Shown: piece by piece, positions 40,043 to 53,460 of the stretch
Layout: every line of letters starts with the position of its first letter
Numbering within the stretch: the first letter of the stretch is position 1
Assembly (NCBI GenBank): GCA_951406725.2
Contig: OX597814.1
Location: 199,578,001-199,642,000 of the forward strand
DNA: 64,000 bases
Direction of reading: 5' to 3'
Source of the DNA: Octopus vulgaris
Taxonomy: Eukaryota
The notes under the pieces: model-generated
Database searches by the model: none
What the model saw: the letters and a program-made list of their open reading frames with translations, nothing else
Told to the model about the DNA's origin: nothing
Translations under genes and position numbers: made by a program

Positions 40043-40289
40043 TATATATATATAATGTACGAAAAGTGCCTCTGAAGAGGTCATAGATGCGTGAGGAAAA
40101 ATCTCCGGACAATGGAAAATGAATAAGAATAAGAACAGTAATAATCGAGTGAAGAACAAATATACAGTGCGTGTGTTTATTTGGCAAAAATAAAAAGACC
40201 ATCCAATACAACTATATATATATATAATGCCATGCATTGTGTCTTTATACTCTGAGTACATGTATATATGTATATATATGTGTATGTGT

Positions 40290-40497
40290 GCGTGTATGTT
40301 TATGCGTCTGTGTTTGTCCCATCCAACATCGCTTGACAACCGATGCTGGTGTGTTTACGTCCCCGTCACTTAGCGGTTCGGCAAAAGAGACCGATAGAAT
40401 AAGTACTGGGCTTACAAAGAATAAGTCCCGGGGTCGATTTGCTCGATTAAAGGCGGTGCTCCAGTATGGCCGCAGTCAAATGACTGAAATAAAAGAG
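40290..40497 (+). mobile_element. SINE family A, 3' half
   Basis: catcgcttgacaaccgatgctgg...cagtcaaatgactgaaa. Confidence 0.9.
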
Positions 40498-42002
40498 TAT
40501 GTATGTATGTGTATGTAACTTATATAAATGTATGCAAATACATGTGTTTGTGTGTGTGTATATGTGTGTGTGTATGTATGTGTATATAAATGTGTGTGTG
40601 ATATACCTATATATACGTACGCACATACATATACACATTCGTCTGCTTTGAACGCTCAACACTTCGTAGAGTCCTATGGAAGTCATCATGGCCATACAAC
40701 ATATCTTGGTCCGTTTAAATCCCAGTAGAACCTATGCTTTTCTGGGTCCACCTTGTACCGTCTTATTCTAAAGCGATGGAGAAAAAAAGATCAACCTCAG
40801 TCCGAGTGATGATGGTGACAATAGTTACAAAGTGACTACTAGAACACTCTCCTGAGATGTGTGTATATATGTGTGCATGTATGTATGTATGCATATATGA
40901 ATGTATGTATGTATGTCATTTTTCAGCTTATTTCAAGATTGCTTTCCAATAGAGAAAAAACCGGTTTCTAACCTAGATCCAATGCTCCTATGCATGTATG
41001 TATATGCGTATGTATGTATGTATTTATGCAGGTATGTATGTATGCATGTATATATGTATGTATTTGTGTGTATGTATGCAAGCATGTATATATGTACGTG
41101 TGCATGCATGTATGTTATTGAAGGATGGCTGAATGCATGTTTGTAAACATGTATATATGTATGTACGCATGTATATATATATGTGTGTATGCATGCATGT
41201 ATATATCTGTATGTGACCTTTAAAGTTCTTCCCTGATTCATTTTGTTTTCCTATCATTGTCTTCGAGCAGCCAGTGAATTATCCCAGTCCCTCCGACGCC
41301 ATAATAATGCATGGTTATCTGTTATTCAGTTTATTCTAGCGTAAAAAACTGGCAAAACACTAAGAAAATTTCAGGACAATGGTTACTGGGTTAGCCTAAA
41401 TAAATCGCATATGTACAATCGTACGCAACCACGCAGTGGTGACTGTTCTGTCAAATAAGTCCTCAGTCAAGCAACACCCAATCTCAGCATGTAAGCTGAG
41501 CATATCTCCAGAAACCCAAAAGCCCAGTGATATCATAATTCCAGTGAAAACTAAATGCGATATAGATACAGGGTGGAGAAAGCAACATAGGGTTGGATAC
41601 TTGACAATTTCGTGCGATCCGCTATCAACCTATAAACCCAGAAAATACTGCGATTTCATAATCACGAACTGTGTGTGGATTGCGAAACAGTTCGAGTATT
41701 GGTGCATTGGCTTGGTTTGCATATTTCTAAACAACAACAATATACTGCTGGCTGGCTGGCTGGCTGACAGGTTGGATTTGGATCAAACGACTGAATAAAC
41801 ATGTTTATCTTGAGGAAAAAATTTGTTCTTAGCCGTATGGACTAACGTTCAAAGATATAAACCCTCACAGTATCAAACTTCTGGTGCAATTTGAGGTAAT
41901 TCAATCCTGTTGCACTAAGATGGCTCAGTGGAACAGATGTGCTGAGAGGACTAAGACTCTCTTCTCTGGGGCGAAGACGTGAAATAGGTGCAGTGATAAA
42001 CG

Positions 42003-42068
<66 letters not shown>

Positions 42069-42154
42069 ACATTGGTTTTCAACGGTTAAACTCGGTAAGT
42101 AAAATTCTAAATAAAGTATATAATTATTAGGAAGGTAGTCCATGTAATTTCATG

Positions 42155-42189
<35 letters not shown>

Positions 42190-42193
<4 letters not shown>

Positions 42194-42310
42194 CGTGATC
42201 ACCGTGACCGACCAGGCTATTAGATGTTGCTACACATCGCTGGTCACAATGCACTTCGCATTGTTTTAGCCTTCAAATGACGCCATCCCGCTGGCTAGAC
42301 GAACAGGCCA

Positions 42311-42311
<1 letters not shown>
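42190..42311 (-). mobile_element. 5'-truncated 3' tail of SINE family C or its partner LINE, within (TA)n
   Basis: Homologous to 11348-11460. Confidence 0.75.
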
Positions 42312-42371
<60 letters not shown>

Positions 42372-42848
42372 CACATACAAAAAAAAAAAAATACACATAC
42401 ATATATAAAAATATATATATATATAAACACATACATACATACATATATATATAAGTGTGTATATGTATATTATGGAAAATCTAGTTGTAAATATACACAA
42501 CGATAGTGTAAAAAAACACTTTATATATATATATACATACATAACATACATATATATATAAGTGTGTATGTGTGATTCTGGAAAATCTAGTTGTAAATAT
42601 CCGATAGTGTAGCACTTTAGGCTCACAGGTGTGAAAGCCTTCAATACAATGTTTTAAAAATATGAGATCTACGTGGACTACACGTGACTGCTTATTAAAG
42701 ACATCCGGGCACGTTTTGCATCTCGGTTTCCAAATCTCAGATGTGCATGAAGGCAACACTAACGGCGTTGCGCCGACATGTCCACCGCCGACTGGCTGAA
42801 CCAGATAGAGGAGTAATATACATACCTACATATATACATACATACATT

Positions 42849-42898
<50 letters not shown>

Positions 42899-42989
42899 TA
42901 TGTGCAATGGCATAACAGTGTATGTTTGCGTATATATATAAAGTAAATGTAAGATGTGTATTCTATACGAAGTATATCCTATACAGATA

Positions 42990-43194
42990 CAGATGGGTTG
43001 GACAACATAATGGAAACCCCTTAAAATTTCAAACAAATTTATTTTAATATGGGGTAGGACCGCCTTCGGCATTAATTACAGCTGAATTCTACAAGGTATG
43101 GACTCGTACAAAGTTTGAATTGTTTCCAAAGGAATTTTTGTCCATTCTTCAGCTACAACAGTCTCCAGCTCTTGTAGAGATGATGGAGGATATC
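42990..43194 (-). mobile_element. Tc1-like transposon 3' end
   Basis: YPPSSLQELETVVAEEWTKIPLETIQTLYESIP.RI; TIR-like terminus next to TA. Confidence 0.8.
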
Positions 43195-43399
43195 AACTCC
43201 TTACTTGTTTTTCTAAATTGCACTATAAATTTCTCTCTACAAGAGAAGTCTATATATTACTTTTTTCTATCGGTGTACCGAATTCGTGTACAGTTTTCGA
43301 ACTTCCATGTTTAAAGGTGTAAGAATTTGGGATTCTGGATTGCGATCCATTGTATATCTGTGACTATATAACATCAATTGCCAACCATTCAATTCGAGG

Positions 43400-43720
43400 C
43401 GGCTGTCAGTTATTGGTTAGTTTATTTTCAGGTTACCAATATTGCGAAATTTCCTTTTTAATGGTAACTTCGATGCCCTTTTATTTTCGAGATACTTTTT
43501 GGAAGATAATGCCCGTATGTTGATACGCTTTTTGACTCTCATATATAACGAGCGAATCCTGACGTCGATTGAACGTCTTTTGTATACGGTGAGCTGCAGA
43601 TGATATACAACATAAGTATGGGCGCACATGCCAGTGTTGCGGATGAAGTGCGCTGGCCAGTTTGCATAAGTTTCTGTAGTCGGAGATCCGTTTCTTCTAT
43701 AAATATTTATGTTGGGAAAT
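43400..43720 (-). mobile_element. Possible highly degraded Penelope GIY-YIG relic
   Basis: GMCAHTYVVYHLQ...RSLYMRVK loosely fits the GxC...VVY...RSL..R pattern. Confidence 0.35.
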
Positions 43721-45467
43721 GCTAGGGTGTGCCAGCTACATTATCTATCATTTCTTTAAGGATGGCTTAGCGGATCCTTGCTATTGTACTATCACTGAAG
43801 TATGAGAGCTCCAGGAAACAAGTACTTAAAGAGTTCTTCCTTTTTGGCGGTTGTGGGTTTTGAAGGTAACTGACAATAGATGACGCGTATCTGTTGACTT
43901 TCAATACCTTTTACGATCGTCTGGTTGGGATGATTCGATCTTTTTATTTCACTGCTTCTTTACTGGATACGGCTATGTTCATTTTCATGCATCCAGCTTT
44001 AGTAAGGCTCATGGACGAAAAGATCTCTATAGGATAGTTCCGTAAAATTTGGTCTTGACGTCGTTACCTTCTCGGAGTTTAAGCTGGAAATCAAGTAGTG
44101 TGAGGGTTCCACTGTTGCGGCTGTGTTCAATGTTGAATCTATGTGGTCATTCATACTCTCAAACGTTTCGTGTGTAGAGATTTCGTTACAGGAAGTTGTG
44201 AAAATGAGTATATCAGCCACATAACTGGTAAAACATTTATAGAGTAGCAGCTGTTCTGCGCTCGGCGTTTCAACAGGTCCAGATGAGCTTTGGCCAGTAG
44301 GTACGACATACTGCTTCTTATAGGTTGGTTTGACATTTTTTTTTTGTAGGTTTGATTGAAGAATTTTAAATAAATGTCTACGATGGTGGATAGAAGTTGA
44401 TTTATGACAGATATGATGAAGCCAAAACAGCAGTTTCACAATGAAGCGTTTCAAAACACTGTAATACATCAAATTGATGACAAACACTAAGTTTGTGCAT
44501 AAATATTAATTCTTAATTTGAACCATCCCCTGAGAAGCATACGGTATTCACATTGTGATTTGCTTCTAACTTTCTTCGTGAGCTGAAAGATGACAGAGAA
44601 CTTTTCCTCTGATGAGGTGTTGACAAATCGTGAAACATGCCAAGTCAATTTCGTGAACTTGTAATTTACAAAAGAGAGACAGAGAAAGAGGAGACCGATA
44701 TGCATTGCAGTAGCAGTACGTTTGTGCGACGTCAAACTTTTTTCAGTCTCCTTTTGATGTCTTGGCCTTTTTCCAGACTCTTTTCTGCCTGTCTCTCTCT
44801 TTCCCTCTCTCTCTTTCCGTCTCTCTTTCTCTCTGTCTTTCTCTCTCTGTCCCTCTCTCTCCCTCGAAATTAAGACAAGAGGAATGAAAGATTCAAATGA
44901 AGAGAACTGTAGATACAGAGACAAACAGACAGACAGGCAGACAGAGAAGGAGAAAATGAGAAACGAGTGACGGTGTTGATGTCAATGGCTTGAAAAGTGA
45001 ATAGACATAAACATCTCGTTGCAAATCTCTCCGTTACTGATCAACTAATGTAATTTTCATTTGATTCCTTTACGCCGTGCTTTCACTTCAAATTGTCTTT
45101 AATTACATAACGACAATTCATAGCGAATTACAGTACTTTCAAAATTGGATGAAAAATTTACATCTGATAAGTATTTCACCTTAAAAAAACGTCTTTCGCT
45201 TACCGAATAGCTTTTTAATAATATATAAAAAAAAAAGACGTCCTTTTTTATAGATATATCGCAGCATTCTTCTGTATTAACTGAATGCATACTTTGTCCT
45301 TTTAGTTACATCGTACAGCGATGAAGTGGAGAATATGAAATGAAAAAGATGATAAATTTATATTTGCAGCAGTGACAGGGTCATTAAATATTTGGACCTG
45401 TTAGACATAGCAGTCAAATCACTTCCACATTACCAGCTTTTAGCTCATAATATATAAATATATTTAT

Positions 45468-45548
45468 TCTTTTACTCTTTTACTTGTTTAAATCATTTGA
45501 TTGCAGCCATGCTGGAGCACCGCTGAAGTCAGACAAATCGACCCTAGG
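45468..45548 (-). mobile_element. SINE family A 3' tail fragment
   Basis: ttttactcttttacttgttt...gccatgctggagcaccgc. Confidence 0.8.
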
Positions 45549-45616
<68 letters not shown>

Positions 45617-45836
45617 TTGAAATGAATGATGCAAAAAAAGAAAACATACCAATGAGTTTTGTAATGAATATATTGCAACGATACGGGTGTAACATGCAAG
45701 TTTAACTCTCCAAGTTCTGTTCAGCAACCAAGATAATCTTGTCTTTTCCGAAATGAATCCGTATTTTCGTGAATGTATTCATTACAACACTCACACGTAC
45801 GTTTTCTTTTTGTGCCATCCATTCTGAAGAACCCTT

Positions 45837-45877
<41 letters not shown>

Positions 45878-46725
45878 GCCAACAGCGTAAGTCTAAATGC
45901 TTTACAGTATTTGCTCCACACCTCTGAACTCAAAACCCGCTGAGATCACCTTTGCTTTTCATTTCTTTCGGGGCGATGGATTGGCTGAACCCTTAGAGTG
46001 TCTAATGAGTTGCCATGCTGCAGAATTTGTTCCAGCTTTTTGCATTCTCTGGTCTTGTTTTGTAGACCTAATTCCCCACCCAGTTTCACACAATCAACTG
46101 GTCCTTTTGTACTTTTTACAGAGTTCACTCTATTGCAAATATTAGGATAAAGTCTTTGATTTCGTGATAGTTGTCACCCTTCCTCCATTCCAAAGGTTTG
46201 AAAAGATAGTCGTGGTCGATGCTCTTCTCTCTCAGACAAAACTAAGAATAACCCTTCTGTCTCAGCTAACGAGGAAACCGTCACATGGCACATCAAAATA
46301 ATAAAATTAGTAGCCAAATTTTCCTCAAGCACCTTACAGACTTAAGTATGTCTATACGTATGTGGCCAAACAAGACCTCTAATTGTAAGCCGGTCATGTT
46401 AAATATAGCCGCCAAATTTCCCTCAAATCACATCCATGTATCCATGTTACTTTAATACAGTATCTGAGCATCTTCGGATGAACCAGACATGGCTATCACT
46501 CGCAAATGAGTACAGTAATCCCTCGCCATATCGCGGTTCACATATCACGGTTTATTATTCCAGCTTACGTCGATTCCTCTGAGGTGTTATTTAGCATTTA
46601 TAATAAAATAAATATATACACATTATAAAAATAATTTTAAAATATATAGTTCTATATTTAAGAGATGAGGAATTATGTACATTATTTACATTTGACGGAT
46701 ATTTGTCCTCATCTTGTTTGTTGTT

Positions 46726-46771
46726 AACACAACGTTTCGGCTGATATACCCTCCAGCCTTCATCAGGTTCT
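46726..46771 (-). ncRNA. Minimal type I hammerhead motif
   Basis: GAAC-CUGAUGA-A-GGCUG(GAGGGUAUAU)CAGCC-GAAAC-GUU-GUGUU; palindromic AACGUU helix III; one base missing from helix I 5' strand relative to the other copy. Confidence 0.72.
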
Positions 46772-46847
46772 TGGGGAAATTTCGAACCTGGCTTCTCATT
46801 CCTAAGGTATTTTTCGATGTTGTTGTTGTTGTTATTATTATCATTAA

Positions 46848-46892
<45 letters not shown>

Positions 46893-47028
46893 CATCATTA
46901 TTATTATTATTATTATTCAGGTAACTGCCTGGAATCGAACTCGGAATCTTGGGGTTAGTAGCCTGCGCTCTTAACCACTACGCCATATGCCCGTGGGCAT
47001 ATGGCGTAGTGGTTCGAAATTTCCCCAA

Positions 47029-47074
47029 GACACCTGATGAAGGCTGGAGGGTATATCAGCTGAAAAGTTATGTT
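47029..47074 (+). ncRNA. Mutated inverted copy of the hammerhead motif
   Basis: GACAC-CUGAUGA-A-GGCUG..CAGCU-GAAAA-GUU-AUGUU; helix III palindrome and first helix I pair broken. Confidence 0.55.
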
Positions 47075-47112
47075 AACAACAAACAAGATGAGGACTAATA
47101 TCCGTCGAATGT

Positions 47113-47154
<42 letters not shown>

Positions 47155-47589
47155 GTACAGTACTGTTTCCACTTCGCGGAGTTTCACCTATCGCGGGACG
47201 ATTACTGTATAACGTGGTAGCAAGTACCATTCTTTCCCTTGGTCGCTATTTACTCTGAGAGTGGCTGTGTGTGTCTATATCTCTGTTAACGCTGTTTGAA
47301 AAACTTGGCTGTGCTTATGCAACCAGAAGACTTCTTTAATCAATACTAAATCCCAAAACAAAATATGTACAGAGGTGGATATAACTAAAACTTACAATGC
47401 ATATATATATATATTGTAATTTTTGCGGTCATTTGAAGAAATTTAATTAAATCGGCTCCCTGTAGTTACATTAGATCTATCTAGCTTTATTTTTCTGCAC
47501 TGCTAAGTTCTGAAGAGGTGGAAAAAATTTTACACTGTTCGCCAAGCGGCGAGACACAAACACGCATAACAATACATTATATGTATGCA

Positions 47590-48220
47590 TGTATGTGTGC
47601 ATGTACACAGATAGATAGATAGATAGATAGATAGGTAGATATATAGATAGGTAGATAGATAGATTGACAGGTAGATAGATAGGTAGATAGATAGATTGAC
47701 AGGTAGATAGATAGGTAGATAGATAGATAGATATATAGATAGATAGATAGATTGACAGGTAGATTGACAGGTAGATAGATAGATAGATAGATAGATAGAT
47801 TGACAGGTAGACCGACAGATTACCAGGCATATAGATATAGATAGACAGATTGACAGGCATATGGATAGATAGATAGATTGACAGACGGGTAGGTTGATAG
47901 ACGGGTAGGTAGATAAGCAGGTAGACATATACGCAGGTAGATAGGTAGATAGATAGCTTGACAGACATATGGATGGATGGATAGATAGATAGATAGATTA
48001 ACAGACATATAGCTGGAGAGATAGATAGATTGACAGACATAGATGGACGGATGGATAAGGTAGATTGACAGATTACCAGACATATAGATAGATAGATAAA
48101 CAAATTGACAGACATATGGATAGATAGGTTGATAGACGGGTAGGTAGGTAGGTAGACAGATAGGCAGGCAGAGAGGTATGTAGGTAGGTAGGTAGGTAGG
48201 TAGGTAGGTAGGTAGGTAGG

Positions 48221-48253
<33 letters not shown>

Positions 48254-48300
48254 GAATAGATGGATACATGGATAGATAGATAGATATATAGATAGATATA
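47590..48300. repeat. Compound (GATA)/(GACA)/(GGTA) tetranucleotide repeat
   Basis: Low-complexity tract. Confidence 0.95.
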
Positions 48301-48537
48301 CACACTTTACGTAGATATCTTCGATGATTATGATCAAAGTAGAGTTCTTTCAAACTTAGTACTCAATATATTCGAATGTTGAATGTGTGTATGTGTGTGT
48401 AATTTTAGAGACCATTCTACGGTCGTTTCAACCACCTTTGATCTTGACAAGATCAAAAATAATTCAAACGTCCGTAATGTACTCTCTAAAATGGTGTGGA
48501 TGAGCGTATGTGTGTATGTATGAGTGTACGTACACAC

Positions 48538-48576
<39 letters not shown>

Positions 48577-48892
48577 CACACAAGCAAACGCATGCCCCCC
48601 ACCCCCGCACGCACATGTTTCTGAATATGTGAGTCTATATATACATGCATGCATGCATACATACATACACATACACGCGTGCGCGCATATACGTCGATAT
48701 ATCTGTCTGTGTGTACATATACGTATGTGTATTTATACTAAAGACAATTTAACATTGTACTGAAAAACAATCCAACGAAGGCTAGAAGGCTAAAACTGCG
48801 AAGTCACTGTATATATACATGTATATATATATGTATGTATGTGTGTATATATACATGTATATATATATGTATGTATGTGTGTATATATACAT

Positions 48893-48942
<50 letters not shown>

Positions 48943-49117
48943 TGTAAAGGTATTTCGTGTTACCATAACAAGCAATGCACAGCACAAGAATTTTCGTTTT
49001 GAGTATGTGTGTGTACATATATGTATATGTATATATATATGTACATATATGTGTATGTATATACATACATATGTGTGTGTATGTATATATATATATATAT
49101 ATACATACACACATATG

Positions 49118-49423
49118 TATGCATAAAAGTATATATATATATACATACACACATATGTATGCATCAAAGTATATATATATATAAACATACACATATGTAT
49201 GCATAAAAGTATATATATATATATATATACACACACACATATGTATGCATAAAAGTATATATATATATATATTATAAAAGTATATATATATATATACTTT
49301 TATATATATATATATGCATAAAAGTATATATATATATATATATATATGCATAAAAGTATATATATACGTATATATATATATATATATATGCATAAAAGTA
49401 TATATATATATATGTAATAATAT

Positions 49424-49460
<37 letters not shown>

Positions 49461-49644
49461 GCATAAAAGTATATATATATATATATATATGCATAAAAGT
49501 ATATATATATATATATATGCATAAAAGTATATATATATATATATATAGCATAAAAGTAATATATATATATATATATATATGCATAAAAGTATATATATAT
49601 ATATATATATGCATAAAAGTATATATATATATATATGCATAAAA

Positions 49645-49685
<41 letters not shown>

Positions 49686-49801
49686 TAAAAGTATATATAT
49701 ATATATATGCATAAAAGTATATATATATATATATATATATGTTATATATATATATATATATATGCATAAAAGTATATATATACGTATATACTTTTATGCA
49801 T
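49118..49801. repeat. Minisatellite gcataaaagt + (AT)n ending in an inverted unit
   Basis: More than a dozen units; terminal palindrome at 49762-49801. Confidence 0.92.
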
Positions 49802-50479
49802 CCACTTTGAAGATAAATTACACATTATATGTAGTTGTAGATTTTAAATTATTCTTCTGATTCTGATGACTCACAGAATGTAGAGACGGGTCACTAAGCT
49901 GATTGACTTTTCGTCCTTTGTTGACGTTTACTTCGGCTGGTGGGATGTTGAAGCTGGGGGACATTTCTGTGGAGATGGCCAATCAACCTTTCTGTTGTAT
50001 AGGATAAAACGATGGTAGAGCCACAGAGAATCAGTTCCTTATTGTCCAACTTCTTAGACTTTGCTTTGTGCCTGTGTGGTGTTGCAAGGTATCTATAACC
50101 AACGATATATTAGAATAGATTTGATGCACACAAAGGCAGCTCTATGAGTAACTACAGTTGGATTTTGACAATTGGAAAGGGCCGGCGACAAACGGATAGG
50201 GTCATATTCAAATGACTTTGATTATGGTTGGATATTTGATATACGATATTGTTTGAGCATGTGTATTAAGCATCTTAACATTGCTCTCATTGAATAGCTC
50301 ATAATGTTTGTGTTGAAGTAAAGTATTTACTCTACAGTGACAGGAAATTGTGAGATATTGGATTCTATACTTGTATTACGAGGGTTTAATCTATTATTCT
50401 CCAATGATAATAATGTTAAGGTTAGTTTTACTTGATTAAATAACATCATAATGAAGGTTATACTCACAAATGCACCCCG

Positions 50480-50880
50480 GCCAACTACTAGAATACAAAC
50501 TTCAGAAACACCACGTCCTGTTAATTTAACTGCAAGTAGCTCTCAAATATGATTAGGTATAGAGTCAAAGATAGCAACTACAAATCTAACCGAGAGAAGC
50601 TACAAGGTCTTCACGAAAAATACGTTTTTAAACTAGGAACTGATTTCTTTCAAACTTGATATAGAAACAACCCAACATCCCTCTCCCAATACATCTGGAA
50701 ACTGAAAGAGAGAAGAATTGCGAACACCTTCTATAAGCTAAAGCATTGAAACATCGACCTCGTATTTAAATGCATCGAGTAATTTACAGAGAAGTATAAC
50801 ATGTTAGCTCAGCATTTTCGTCTGTTAAATTTGAAATTTGAAATATTATCTGCTGGAAGACACGAACAAATTCCCCCTTA
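50480..50880 (+). mobile_element. Degenerate Penelope GIY-YIG C-terminal relic
   Basis: YRNNPTSLSQYIWKLKER...EKY...LLNLKFEILSAGRHE. Confidence 0.65.
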
Positions 50881-51111
50881 CTACTTTAAACCTCATAAAA
50901 ATCCTCAGCATTAACTTCGCCCAGTTCGACCAATATTGTTCTCTCATGGGCCTTGCCAGCTAACACGAGCGTAAAATCCAATAAATCTCATAGTTCCTTG
51001 TCACTATAAATTTAACATTTTACTTTAAACGCACGCACACACACACACACACACGTATATGTGCAAGTATGTATACCTATATACACACGCATATATATAT
51101 ACATACACGTG

Positions 51112-51148
<37 letters not shown>

Positions 51149-53251
51149 CACGAATAATATATATATACACGTGTTATATATACACACACGTGTTATATAT
51201 ATATATATATATATACATACACACACATACACATGTTATATATATATATATGTACATACATGTGTTATATAAATATATATATATTTATTTATAAAACTTT
51301 CGATTTACTACATGCTTGCTTTCCTCTTGAGAAAGAAATTTACAAAGAAACTGTTTAAGCTTCTTTGTTTTTACGATAACCATAACACTCTTCGAATCTC
51401 AGAAGCTAGATTTTGAATCTCTTCACGTCTCAATTGCTTATCTCTATCCATGCTTCTAAAATGCTCTCTTGTTGAAACTGCATCACACTGTCCTGTTTTG
51501 AAAATCCCACACGTTGTTAACAAGATTCCTTGAATGTCAATGATCGCATTGTAGCTTTAGAATAGTTTAGAACAGAAGATTTATACATCACTTATGTATT
51601 TGTTCGGCTCTTCTACATTTTATCTTCGGTTTTTGTATTACGATATCTCACAGTTCGAAATTTTCTTATCTGATATATTATCGATTTCTCTCTTGACCGA
51701 CTCCATTTAAAATGCAGGCTAAAATTTCATTAAATATTACAGTGGAACGGTTGCAGGATGAAAATAGATATATTTAGATGTGTTCATCTTGATATAAGTA
51801 ATTGAACATAAGTTTTTATAAAGTTCAACTGTTCTTATTTTGAAATCATTAATTAACTGTTTCTTTTCAAAACGAGGTTAGAGCTTAAGAAATTTGTCTG
51901 TGTGTCAGAGGGAAGAGGAGAGAAAGAGGGGGATGGGGACAGTTTGTGTGCATACAGGCGTGATTCTATGTGTATATTTATGTATATATATATGTCTTTA
52001 AATGCATTCATGAGTATGTTTATTATATGTTTGCGTAAGTGTTTGCGTCTCTGTTTACTTGTGTATGAGATCACTGTAGCGTATGTAAATTTTTCGTCGA
52101 TAAAATAAAATTTTAGTATTAGATGTTTATATTTCAGGTACGCAGATTTATGTTTGTGTAGCATTCCTTTAATCTTAGTTGATCAATTACGTTTCAGCAA
52201 TATAATCTCCACTCGTTTTCACATTTCATTTATAATTAAAAAGACAACGCTATATCACTGGATGGTGTTGATAAGAGATTCCTTTTCATGATAGTAAGGA
52301 TTGGATTAATCAGTGGAACACTTGGATGAAATTGCCAGGCACACATGGAATGTTGTTGTTCATAGCTGAGTTCTAGTAAAGAAACTGATTGGCGATGTTA
52401 TTCTTTGAAATATAGCAGACAAGCAGAAACTTCATAGGAGTGAATCTGTGTTTAGCTGCTTTTATATTTACCTCTATCCAATGTATTGATGTTCACATTA
52501 AATCATTGGAGTGTAGGTAGGACGCAGGTGTTGCTGTTGATCAAAAGTATTCCACTTGTAACCATCTTGATTCAATTTCAAATATAGAGAACTTTGAACA
52601 ACGCTTCGCAACGTGTTCTAATTTTTAAGGCGACAGGCTATGATCTGAGGGGAATTTTGTTGCTATTTTCAGCAGATTGAGTGACTACGTAGAAGTATCA
52701 TCACCGGCTCAGTTAAATTCGCAATTTTATATCTGATGCGAACATCTGTACAGCCTGATACATAAAATATTTCAATTCTCTGCAGAATATTTAATTCCCG
52801 CTTTTTTGGTTTTGATACAAATATATAGAGTAATGTTTTGGCACGGGATTTCTCGGAGGACTTACTGATTTGGGGATCAATAAGTCTTTGATTCCTTAGC
52901 TTTGGGAATATGCTGAAATTAGATATTTTAATTGTTAATGATGTTCCTTAGTTATATAGCACTATCTATGTTAGTTACTTCCATAAATCGTAACCTCATC
53001 TCTCAAATTCAATTAAATGTCAAAACAATAATTTCTGCTGCCTTAAATTACTTTTAAGCTGATAATTCAACTGGACAAATTGTCAGTTCCCTTTTGCATT
53101 CTTTATAAGTTGGAGTAATTAGTAAATATCAATTTAAATTGGAATAATTAGTAAGTATCATTTTAAATTTAATCAACACCACGTTTCGTACAGCATGTTG
53201 ATTAAATTGCTACTTAATAATTCACTTCTGTGTTTTATTGTTTGAAAACTT

Positions 53252-53460
53252 GAGGGCGGCGGAGTGGCAGGAACAATAAAGCATCCGAATCTAACAGCGC
53301 TTAGTTTCATCGTTCTGCGCTCTGATTCGAAATGCCGTCGAAACAGATTTCACATTCCATCCATCTGTTATCGACAAAGGAAGCTGCAAGCATGTAACTA
53401 TGATCGATTTAATTGGCTCTAGCCCTCCTACAAACGTCTGGCTTTGTGCCAATGTCAGAC
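53252..53460 (+). mobile_element. Old SINE family B copy
   Basis: gggcggcggagtggcagg head, decayed central domain, ctggctttgtgcc tail. Confidence 0.6.

Larger units (their letters stand above)
46648..47116 (-). mobile_element. tRNA-headed short element with hammerhead-bearing tail, inserted as a head-to-head fold-back
   Basis: Minus strand from 46992: A box TGGCGTAGTGG (46975-46985), B box GAGTTCGATTCC (46931-46942), (AAT)n, HHR; 20-bp perfect palindrome at 46973-47014; inverted tail copy at 47011-47116. Confidence 0.8.
46513..47207. mobile_element. pogo/Tigger-like MITE hosting a nested insertion
   Basis: TA|CAGTAATC...GATTACTG|TA termini with tatcgcgg subterminal motifs. Confidence 0.7.

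Noticed and set aside
41833-41895. 63-bp cassette exon as PDE1 exon 2
   Set aside because: Entering in phase 1 gives an in-frame TGA and no PDE1 similarity.
43999-44924. 162-aa and 145-aa - strand ORFs
   Set aside because: No recognisable motifs; partly low-complexity GA/CT sequence.
46920-46992. Functional tRNA gene
   Set aside because: A and B boxes are present but acceptor and anticodon stems pair poorly; treated as a SINE-type head. The same applies to the other SINE heads.
40072-49890. CUGANGA matches at 40072, 44609 and 49863 (also 8459, 14379, 17626, 31166) as ribozymes
   Set aside because: Missing GAAA, helix II closure or helix I complementarity; at best dead relics.
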